DNA from: a virus
Reading direction: 5' to 3' (one strand)
DNA length: 36,045 bases
Virus record (IMG/VR): IMGVR_UViG_3300031965_000093
Coordinates: 1-36,045 of that record
Shown here: piece after piece, positions 7,781-14,939 of the stretch
Layout of the letters: every line of letters begins with the position of its first letter
Numbering within the stretch: position 1 is the stretch's first letter
Program-made: the position numbers and the translations under genes
Notes under the pieces: model-generated
Told to the model about the DNA's origin: nothing
Databases searched by the model: none
The model's input: the letters and a program-made list of their open reading frames with translations, nothing else

Positions 7781-8327
7781 ACTAGAGCATATAAAAGAAA
7801 ATATAAGAGATGCAAAAGAGATAGCCGAAAAATTAAACTTCCCTATTATTCTTGATGGTGGTTCGCTCCTCGGAGCATACAGAGATAAGGGAGTTATCAA
7901 AGGCGATGAGGATGATGTTGATTTTGCCGTGCCTTATGAAGTGGCAGAATTTAAAATGTTGCAGATAATTAAAGAATTTGAAGAAAGAGGTTTTGAATTG
8001 TTTAGATTAAGACCGACTGTTATGACTTTCAAAAGAAATGAAACCAAGATTGATTTGCTTTTTTATAAATGGAGTGAAGATTGGGGTTGTAATTATTTAA
8101 CTCTTTATCACGATAAAAAACCTTTTGCTTTGATCGTTCCAGCAGGATACTGGCTTGATTTGTCAGAGATAGAATTTTTAGGCATTAAATTAAAATGCCC
8201 CAAAGAGATAGAAAGGTATCTTGAATGGAGATTCGGGGACTGGAGAACACCTGTATTAAGACCAAACTTTGGATTCCAAAGTTATTTAGAAAATGATTAT
8301 AACAAAGAACTTACACAATGTCTTTAA
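7773..8327 (+). CDS. LicD/fukutin-like nucleotidyltransferase-fold phosphotransferase
   Basis: ILDGGSLLGAYRDKGVIKGDEDDVDFAV matches the LicD G-x-LLGA-x-R...DDD-x-D signature. 8-nt overlap with the upstream gene. Confidence 0.55.
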   Translation: MVKLEHIKENIRDAKEIAEKLNFPIILDGGSLLGAYRDKGVIKGDEDDVDFAVPYEVAEFKMLQIIKEFEERGFELFRLRPTVMTFKRNETKIDLLFYKWSEDWGCNYLTLYHDKKPFALIVPAGYWLDLSEIEFLGIKLKCPKEIERYLEWRFGDWRTPVLRPNFGFQSYLENDYNKELTQCL

Positions 8328-9124
8328 TTAAAAAAGACAAAAAAATAGCAGTAATACTTCACACAACTTTCACTCGCTTTGAATATGCAAAAAAGACGAT
8401 AGAGAGTTTTATAAAAGACAAAAGATTTGTCCTTTATGTGTCCGATACAGGAGCAATAACACCTGAAAAACTAGATTATTACAGGGAGTTAGAGAAGAAA
8501 GGACACTATACTTTTATGACTGGTTGGGACACTTCACCTGCTATAACTAGAAATTTTTTAGTTGATAACGTAGAAGAAGATTATATATTTAAGATTGATG
8601 ATGATTTTGAATTTAACGACAAAGATGTAAAAGTCGCAGAGATAATAAAATTGCTAGACGAAAATCAAAATCTTGGTTTAGTTGGGATGTCAGTAGTAAG
8701 TGCAAAGGTAAAATCAAAATTTGTTTTCCATGCAGAAAGATTAACTGATAGTAAACAAGGAGATTTTATGAAACTAGATCCGATTGATTTAGAAAAAGTT
8801 AAAGAAAATATTTATTGTGATGTTACACCTGATTGCTGGATTGCCAAAAGAGAGATATTTCCTGATTGTAATTGGGACGAAAGATACCATGTTAGCGAAG
8901 GACTACACACAGATTTCTTTTTACACATTAAATTCAATACAACGTGGCGAGTAATGTATAAACCAGATAGCATAATGTATACTTTTAAATATGATGGCAA
9001 ATTTGATATATCAGAAAATAAAGGAAGTTTTTATAATCGCAAAAGATTTAGAAAAGTAAAAAATTTAGAAAATTTTAGTAGAAAATGGAGATTAAGAAAA
9101 GAAAATCCTATAAATCGTTGGTAA
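8318..9124 (+). CDS. GT-A fold (GT2-like) glycosyltransferase, paralogue of 11287-12066
   Basis: IAVILHTTFTRFEYAKKTIESF, FKIDDDFEF (DxD), VGM, HTDFFLHIKFNTTWRVMYKPD. The same motif order is found in 11287-12066. Confidence 0.55.
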   Translation: MSLIKKDKKIAVILHTTFTRFEYAKKTIESFIKDKRFVLYVSDTGAITPEKLDYYRELEKKGHYTFMTGWDTSPAITRNFLVDNVEEDYIFKIDDDFEFNDKDVKVAEIIKLLDENQNLGLVGMSVVSAKVKSKFVFHAERLTDSKQGDFMKLDPIDLEKVKENIYCDVTPDCWIAKREIFPDCNWDERYHVSEGLHTDFFLHIKFNTTWRVMYKPDSIMYTFKYDGKFDISENKGSFYNRKRFRKVKNLENFSRKWRLRKENPINRW

Positions 9125-9125
9125 T

Positions 9126-9866
9126 ATGATAAGTGGAAATAGAAAAAAAGAATATAACAAAGGTTTAATAACTGTCGCAACAGGAGAGTATAACGAATTT
9201 ATACCAAGTATGATTAAATCTGCAAAGGAATATTTCCATTGCCATTTTTATATCTTTACAGACAAACCTGAAATGTATGAGCATTTTAGCGATATAACAA
9301 TAGTAAAAATTGAGCATTATGGTTGGCCTAAAATGCCCTTGTTAAGATTTGAATTATTGCATAAAAATATAGATTTATTTAAAGAAAGTTATCTATTTCT
9401 TATTGATTCAGAAGCAATTTTTGAGAAACCAATTACACAGGCAATATTAGGGTATAGAGTGGCAACGCTCCACAGGAATATAACTCGTTTAAGAGATGAA
9501 TTTAATTATGAAACAAGACAAGAAAGCACAGCTTTTGTAGGAAAACACGAAGGGGAAAAATATTATGCTTGTGGTTTTGTTGGAGGACAAAAAAGAGAAT
9601 TTAAAAGAATGTGCAAAGTAATTTCTGAAAATATACGGACAGATATAAATAATGGTATCCGTGCAATTTGGGGTGACGAAAGCCATTTAAATAGATATTT
9701 GATAGATAATAGACCTGACGTTGTTTTACCGCCAAATTATATGTGTCCATCTACAAACTCATATTTTATACCTTTCATAAAACACAGAGATAAACAATTT
9801 AAAAGAGTAAACAAAGAAGACACAAAAAATTATTTAATAGTTAATAAAGAAGATTATAATTTATGA
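9126..9866 (+). CDS. GT6-family (ABO / alpha-1,3-Gal(NAc) transferase-like) glycosyltransferase
   Basis: ITVATGEYNEFIPSMIKSAKEYF, FYIFTDKPE, WPKMPLLRFE, FLIDSEAIF (in place of DVD), YACGFVGG, AIWGDESHLNRYL, LPPNYMCP. The motifs are collinear with vertebrate/bacterial GT6 enzymes. Confidence 0.75.
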   Translation: MISGNRKKEYNKGLITVATGEYNEFIPSMIKSAKEYFHCHFYIFTDKPEMYEHFSDITIVKIEHYGWPKMPLLRFELLHKNIDLFKESYLFLIDSEAIFEKPITQAILGYRVATLHRNITRLRDEFNYETRQESTAFVGKHEGEKYYACGFVGGQKREFKRMCKVISENIRTDINNGIRAIWGDESHLNRYLIDNRPDVVLPPNYMCPSTNSYFIPFIKHRDKQFKRVNKEDTKNYLIVNKEDYNL

Positions 9867-10588
9867 AAATACTTATAACAGGATCGGAGGGTTATATAGG
9901 ATCTCGTCTAAAAAAGAAAATACAAGATTTAGGAATCGGGGAATTATTTTTAATTGATTTGAAAAAAGGTAATGATTTAATGACTGCTAAACTTCCTGAT
10001 GTAGATATTGTCTTTCATCTATCAGCACAATCCGGTGCAATTCCATCAATAGAAAATCCAATTTGGGATGCTAGGACAAATATTTTGACGACGATAAGAT
10101 TGGCAGAACACTATAAAGGAAAAGCAAAAATAATTTATACAACATCAGGCGGAGCAAAAGACCCTGAAAGTCCGTATGGTTTGAGCAAAAAAGTTGGAGA
10201 AGAATATTTAAAAATGATACATAACAATACAGTAATTTGTCGCCTATCTTCTATTTATGGAGGAAAAGATAGGGGCGTGGTCGATAATTTTATAAGAGAT
10301 GAAGTTCCTACAGTTTTTGGAGATGGTTCTGCTGTTAGAGATTTTGTCCATGTTGACGATATTATTGAAGGACTAATAAAAGCAATGGATTGGGAAGCCG
10401 TAGAATATGAAATGGGTAGTGGCATAGGAACTTCTGTAAAGGAAATTGCTGACGCTACTGGAAAACAAATACAATATTTACCAGTAAGAAAAGGAGAAAA
10501 ACAAGAAGCAATTTTGCAAAACACAACACCTAATTGGAAACCAGAAATCGAAGTCTTATTTTATATTAAAAGTTTAACTAACAAATAA
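9863..10588 (+). CDS. Short NAD-dependent sugar epimerase/dehydratase (GalE-like SDR)
   Basis: ILITGSEGYIGSRL glycine-rich motif and YGLSKKVGE (YxxxK). ATGA overlap with the GT6 gene. Confidence 0.7.
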   Translation: MKILITGSEGYIGSRLKKKIQDLGIGELFLIDLKKGNDLMTAKLPDVDIVFHLSAQSGAIPSIENPIWDARTNILTTIRLAEHYKGKAKIIYTTSGGAKDPESPYGLSKKVGEEYLKMIHNNTVICRLSSIYGGKDRGVVDNFIRDEVPTVFGDGSAVRDFVHVDDIIEGLIKAMDWEAVEYEMGSGIGTSVKEIADATGKQIQYLPVRKGEKQEAILQNTTPNWKPEIEVLFYIKSLTNK

Positions 10589-10593
10589 ATAAT

Positions 10594-10773
10594 ATGAGAG
10601 TTAAACCAGAAATAAAAGAAACAGAAAACTTTGGAAAAATCGTCAGAATTAGTGATGTTGAAGGTTTCGGCGATTGGTTAAGGGGACAAACAATACCCTT
10701 TTTAGAAAATGATGAAAATCCTGAAGATTGGGCTTATTATGGGGATTATTTAAATTTTATTGATAAAAATTAA
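10594..10773 (+). CDS. Small hypothetical protein (59 aa, MRVKPEIKETENFGKIVRISDVEGFGDWLRGQTIPFLENDENPEDWAYYGDYLNFIDKN)
   Basis: One codon below the track cutoff. The start is embedded in the conserved TAACAAATAAATAATATG junction. Confidence 0.5.
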   Translation: MRVKPEIKETENFGKIVRISDVEGFGDWLRGQTIPFLENDENPEDWAYYGDYLNFIDKN

Positions 10774-10789
10774 CTAACTAATAAATAAT

Positions 10790-10954
10790 ATGAAAGAAAA
10801 AATAAAAGAATCCGAAATTAGTACTTCTCTTATAGAGATTAACTTGAAGTATTCCGAGTGGCAGAATATGTATACATTCGGTCGCTGGTTTAATATGAGG
10901 ATTTTTAGCTTTATATTTCCAACTGTATTAAAAATAAACATTACAAGGGATTAA
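10790..10954 (+). CDS. Small hypothetical protein (54 aa)
   Basis: The ATG is preceded by AAATAATATG. It fills the gap between neighbouring ORFs. No motif seen. Confidence 0.3.
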   Translation: MKEKIKESEISTSLIEINLKYSEWQNMYTFGRWFNMRIFSFIFPTVLKINITRD

Positions 10955-10968
10955 GTAAATAATTAAAT

Positions 10969-11196
10969 ATGAAAATAAAAGCAACATTAGAAAAAGTAAA
11001 CGAAGCATTAAATAAAATTAAAGAAGTTGGAAATATAGCAGTTAATGGTTCGGAAGGGAGTTTTTCAGCAAAAGGAGTTGAGGGGCGATTTTCTTTTGAC
11101 CAAGAAAACGAAATACTAACTGTAGTTATTGATGATAAACCTTGGTTAGCTTCTGATTCTATGATTGAAAGTGAAATTAAAAAGTTTTTTAATTAA
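10969..11196 (+). CDS. Small hypothetical protein (75 aa)
   Basis: Track ORF in the gene-dense + strand context. Confidence 0.5.
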   Translation: MKIKATLEKVNEALNKIKEVGNIAVNGSEGSFSAKGVEGRFSFDQENEILTVVIDDKPWLASDSMIESEIKKFFN

Positions 11197-11197
11197 C

Positions 11198-11260
11198 TTT
11201 GAGTCCCAAATTACTCAAAAAATTTACTGGTTGAAATAATCGTGGGGTGAAATTCCCCAC
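11198..11260 (+). terminator. Two tandem hairpins (tttgagt/actcaaa at 11198-11219; gtgggg/ccccac at 11242-11260), weak terminator or RNA-processing site
   Basis: Stems of 7 and 6 bp in a 90-bp intergenic gap. Neither has a clean T-run. Confidence 0.3.
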
Positions 11261-11286
11261 ATATTTAAAATTAAACATTTTAAACT

Positions 11287-12066
11287 ATGAAAAATAAATT
11301 AGACATACTAATAACAACATTTTTAAGAAATGATAAACTCGCAAATCTAGTATCATCAATCCCTGAAAAATATAAAGAAAGAATTTTAATTGGAGATCAA
11401 AACGAAATAAAAAATAATCAATATTGGGATAATCTTATTTATTTACCATATAACTGCGGACTGTCAGTCGCAAGAAATGAATTAGTCAGAGCAACCGAAA
11501 AAGAATTTGTTTTAATTTTAGAAGATGATTTTGAATTTACACACGAAACTAACATAGAGAAAATGATAGAACTTATGTCTATTTCGCCTGAAATTGGCAT
11601 TGTAGGGGGTAGAGTGCAACAAAACGATATAGATATACCATTTGAGTTTATACCAACCATAGAGGACGGAATTTTGTACCACAAAGACGATGGTAACGAT
11701 TGGAAAATTCACAATGGTATAATATATAAAGAAACAGGTTGTTGTCTTAATTTTATGCTTGTCCGTAGAGAAGTTTTTAAAGATGTAAGGTGGGACGAAA
11801 AATTAAAATTGCGAGAGCATGTTGATTTCTTTTTGAGACTAAAAAATACAAAATGGAAAGTATTATTTACTCCCGATGTAAAGATAAAAGATGCAAAGAC
11901 TAGACCGAGTGAAGAATACAAAAGAATTAAAAAAGAAAATCAAGATTTATCACTTCCTTATTTATTTGAAAAGCACATTATCCACAAAATTATATACAAA
12001 AACGGTTTTACTTATGAAATAAAAAATGGTATTATTAGTCATTATAAAAGCCCCATAAATAATTAA
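11287..12066 (+). CDS. GT-A fold (GT2-like) glycosyltransferase, paralogue of 8318-9124
   Basis: LDILITTFLRNDKLANLVSSI, LILEDDFEF (DxD), VGG, HVDFFLRLKNTKWKVLFTPD. Confidence 0.55.
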   Translation: MKNKLDILITTFLRNDKLANLVSSIPEKYKERILIGDQNEIKNNQYWDNLIYLPYNCGLSVARNELVRATEKEFVLILEDDFEFTHETNIEKMIELMSISPEIGIVGGRVQQNDIDIPFEFIPTIEDGILYHKDDGNDWKIHNGIIYKETGCCLNFMLVRREVFKDVRWDEKLKLREHVDFFLRLKNTKWKVLFTPDVKIKDAKTRPSEEYKRIKKENQDLSLPYLFEKHIIHKIIYKNGFTYEIKNGIISHYKSPINN

Positions 12067-12070
12067 AATT

Positions 12071-12520
12071 ATGAATATAAACCAAGCATTAATAGACCAA
12101 TTAAATAAACTCGTTTCAGAGGCAGATTCTATTCAAGATGAATTAAGTAAAAAGATAACTGAATCAAAGGAAGCTGGGAAAGAAAACTATATTGAAGTCA
12201 TGAGAGATGATGGAAAATTAAAAGAAGTTAAGGAAAGCGACCTATGGACAGAATACTTCTATTTAGGAGATAACGCAAAAAATCAGAGAGAAGTACTCCA
12301 AAAGAAATATCCTGAAGTTTTTTCTCTAGGTAATGAATTGGAAACAAGGATGAAGCTTTTGGAAACTTTTATTGCAGAAAATCTAGGATTTAGAGGAAGC
12401 ATAAGAATATCTGATATCGTTAACTTAACTTTTGCAGTTTCAGATTTTAGAGTGAAACAATATATTGAAGAAAACAAAAAATCTATAAAGGACAAAAAGA
12501 AAGATAAAGGACAAAAGTAA
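12071..12520 (+). CDS. Hypothetical protein (149 aa) with a Lys-rich tail
   Basis: Track ORF. No family recognised. Confidence 0.55.
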   Translation: MNINQALIDQLNKLVSEADSIQDELSKKITESKEAGKENYIEVMRDDGKLKEVKESDLWTEYFYLGDNAKNQREVLQKKYPEVFSLGNELETRMKLLETFIAENLGFRGSIRISDIVNLTFAVSDFRVKQYIEENKKSIKDKKKDKGQK

Positions 12521-12729
12521 AGGGCACTCCCCCTACAATTACATCTATTGACATAGTATTAGACCTATTCGGTGGAAGTGGAAGCACTCTAATAGCTTGT
12601 GAGAAAACAAACAGAATATGCTATATGAGCGAACTAGACCCAAAATATGCAGATACGATATGTGAGCGATGGTGTGAATATACGGGGAATAGAGATATAA
12701 TTAAAAATGGTGAAAAAATAACATGGTAG
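12508..12729 (+). pseudogene. C-terminal remnant of an N6/N4 DNA methyltransferase (ParB-methylase type)
   Basis: The frame is open from 12508 with no start codon and reads ...IVLDLFGGSGSTLIACEKTNRICYMSELDPKYADTICERWCEYTGNRDIIKNGEKITW*. This is the SAM-binding FxGSGST block, but no catalytic (D/N)PPY part lies upstream. Confidence 0.75.
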
Positions 12730-13292
12730 AAGAAATTAAAAAAGAATTAACACCTAAGCAAAAAACGCTTATAAAAAAGCCAGAAGAAAGACAAACTGGC
12801 AAGGAAGAACCTTATGCTTACACAATAACAGATAAAGTTTTTGGTAAATTTAAGGTATTAAATACAGCAAATGCATGGTGGCAAGATGAGAGAAAAGTTA
12901 AAGATTTAATTCAGGCTTATAAAATTGATGCTACTCACAAAGAATCGTGTGCTTATGCTGGAATTTCTATAAAACAATTAGAGTATTTTAATAAGATACA
13001 CAAAGACTTTTCAGGCATAATTGATGCTTGTAGGCAGATGCCTTGTTTAACCGCAAGAAAAACACTCGTTGAATCGTTAGACAAAGACCCAAACAAAGCA
13101 CTAGAATATCTAAAACATAAAAGACGAGATGAGTTTTCAACTAGAACAGAAAATATAAATACAGAAAAAAGTTTAATTGACGAGCAAGAAGAAAGATTAA
13201 AAAAATTAGAGCAAGAATTAAGAGAAGATGTTAAAACCACAACTGAAACAACTAAATCCGAGACGAAAGAAATATATCCTCCATCTTGTTAG
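12723..13292 (+). CDS. terS: Terminase small subunit
   Basis: The position is immediately upstream of terL. HTH-like CAYAGISIKQLEYFNKIHKDF and ALEYLKHKRRDEF are typical of small terminases. Confidence 0.6.
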   Translation: MVEEIKKELTPKQKTLIKKPEERQTGKEEPYAYTITDKVFGKFKVLNTANAWWQDERKVKDLIQAYKIDATHKESCAYAGISIKQLEYFNKIHKDFSGIIDACRQMPCLTARKTLVESLDKDPNKALEYLKHKRRDEFSTRTENINTEKSLIDEQEERLKKLEQELREDVKTTTETTKSETKEIYPPSC

Positions 13293-14652
13293 TCATTTTG
13301 AAATTGATGGTAAAAAAGGTGACGAGGTTATAACAGAGGGGCAACTAGTAATTGTCCATGATTTAGTATTCAGAGATAATAAAAGAGAACAAATAATCTG
13401 TTCAACTCAATATGGGAAATCACTTTGGGTTGCTATCGCTTGTGTATGGATTGCTTGTATTCAAGGAGAAATAGTATCAGTAATCGCTCCGAATAAAGAA
13501 AAGGCTAAAATTATAATGCGTTACTTTATTCAGCATATAGGAGATGACCAAAAGTTTTTTAATAAATTAGAAAAAGACAGTAGATTAGACAGGTTAAGGC
13601 AAGAGGAAAGTAAAGAAAGAATTATTCTAAAAAATGGTGGTGGTATATTCGTTGTTTCTTCACAAGAAAGAAATTCAAGTAAAAGTATTGAATCGGCTAT
13701 GGGACTTGGAGCAAGAATAGTAATTGGTGATGAATATAATTTAACATCAGATAATACAGAAGCAACAATATTCCGTATGATTGCTGGTAAAGGTAAAGAT
13801 GCTTTCTATTGCAAGATAGGAAACCCTTTTTATTCTAATCCGCCATATACCCACTTTTTAGATAGTTGGAATAATCCAAATTACGAAAAAGTTTTTATTG
13901 ATTATAAACAAGGATTAAAGGAAGGCAGATATTCAGAAGATTTTATTGAAGAAGCAAAAAGAAAGCCTTTGTTTGATGTTTTGTTTGGTTGTGAGTTTCC
14001 ACCTCTGGATGTTATAGATGAAAAAGGATTTAGGCCATTATTTATAGGAGATATAAAATACGGAATGAATCCAAGTCTTTTGAAAGAATTGATTGAAAAA
14101 GAAATTGAGAAAAAAGGAGAGTTAAAAATACCTGTTAAATTAGGATGTGATATTGGAGGCGGTGGGGATAAGAATGTATTCACTGCTCGTTGGGGTAAAT
14201 TTGCCTCTGTGGTGGCTGAAAACAAGTCAAACGACACAATGACTAATGTTGCAGAAATACAACGCTGTATGGAAGAATATCACATTAAAGACACCGATAT
14301 AAATGTTGACGATATTGGTATTGGTAGAGGGGTAGTAGATAGATGCCACGAATTAGGAATAAATGTAAATGGAGTAAGTGCCGGAGAAAAAGCAACAGAC
14401 CAAGAAACATTTACAAACAGAAAAGCCGAGATGTGTTGGGATATGAAATTATGGCTTGAAGATGAAAATAGCAGAATAGACGAAAGACCTGAATGGGAGC
14501 AAGTAAAATGGTTAAGATATAAAGTAAATTCAGAGAAGCGAGTTCAAATAGAAAGTAAAGATGATTTAAAAAAGAGAACACATAAATCACCGGACTACGC
14601 AGAAAGTCTATATTTGACATTTGTGGATAACTCATTTGTTGGTTTTATTTAG
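13228..14652 (+). CDS. terL: Terminase large subunit
   Basis: Walker A-like STQYGKS and Walker B IVIGDE. Nuclease-domain motifs GCDIGGGGDKNVFTARWG, VDDIGIGRGVVDRCHELG and SPDYAESLYL. Confidence 0.9.
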   Translation: MLKPQLKQLNPRRKKYILHLVSHFEIDGKKGDEVITEGQLVIVHDLVFRDNKREQIICSTQYGKSLWVAIACVWIACIQGEIVSVIAPNKEKAKIIMRYFIQHIGDDQKFFNKLEKDSRLDRLRQEESKERIILKNGGGIFVVSSQERNSSKSIESAMGLGARIVIGDEYNLTSDNTEATIFRMIAGKGKDAFYCKIGNPFYSNPPYTHFLDSWNNPNYEKVFIDYKQGLKEGRYSEDFIEEAKRKPLFDVLFGCEFPPLDVIDEKGFRPLFIGDIKYGMNPSLLKELIEKEIEKKGELKIPVKLGCDIGGGGDKNVFTARWGKFASVVAENKSNDTMTNVAEIQRCMEEYHIKDTDINVDDIGIGRGVVDRCHELGINVNGVSAGEKATDQETFTNRKAEMCWDMKLWLEDENSRIDERPEWEQVKWLRYKVNSEKRVQIESKDDLKKRTHKSPDYAESLYLTFVDNSFVGFI

Positions 14653-14669
14653 AATGTTGTATTATTAAT

Positions 14670-14876
14670 ATGAAAGAAATTATGTCTCCAAAAGAAATAA
14701 ATAATATTAAATTAAAAGAAGCCGATACTAATATTGAAAAAAGAATTTTAGGTATTATTGACGATGAAGTCGAAAGGATAGATTATGGAAAAATTATTTT
14801 AGAAATAACAGTTAGTGCCAGCAAAATTAAAAATATTAAAGTTGTTGAAAAGTCAAAGAGTTATCAATTTGACTAA
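14670..14876 (+). CDS. Hypothetical small protein (68 aa)
   Basis: Track ORF between terL and the portal gene. Confidence 0.5.
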   Translation: MKEIMSPKEINNIKLKEADTNIEKRILGIIDDEVERIDYGKIILEITVSASKIKNIKVVEKSKSYQFD

Positions 14877-14903
14877 TTTCTACAATATGCAATAATTTTA
14901 TTA

Positions 14904-14928
14904 AATCCAAATGGAAAAACCAAAGGAT
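14904..14928 (+). promoter_or_regulatory. Conserved 25-nt element AATCCnnnTGGAAAAACCAAnGGAT, copy 1 (copy 2 at 26613-26637)
   Basis: aatccaaatggaaaaaccaaaggat versus aatcctagtggaaaaaccaacggat. Nested inverted repeats ATCC/GGAT and TGG/CCA. It sits 12 nt upstream of the portal ATG. Confidence 0.5.
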
Positions 14929-14939
14929 ACATTTAGCTA

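Noticed and set aside
280-11263. CCACAT / CACATTTT strings at the starts of intergenic gaps (about 284-291, 4288-4295, 5799-5808, 11256-11263)
   Set aside because: The motif is too short and variable to distinguish from chance without a statistical scan. I mention it only so it can be checked.
11715-11723. TGGTATAAT extended -10-like string inside the second GT-A gene
   Set aside because: It lies within coding sequence, with no downstream start or terminator partner. It is likely a chance occurrence in AT-rich DNA.
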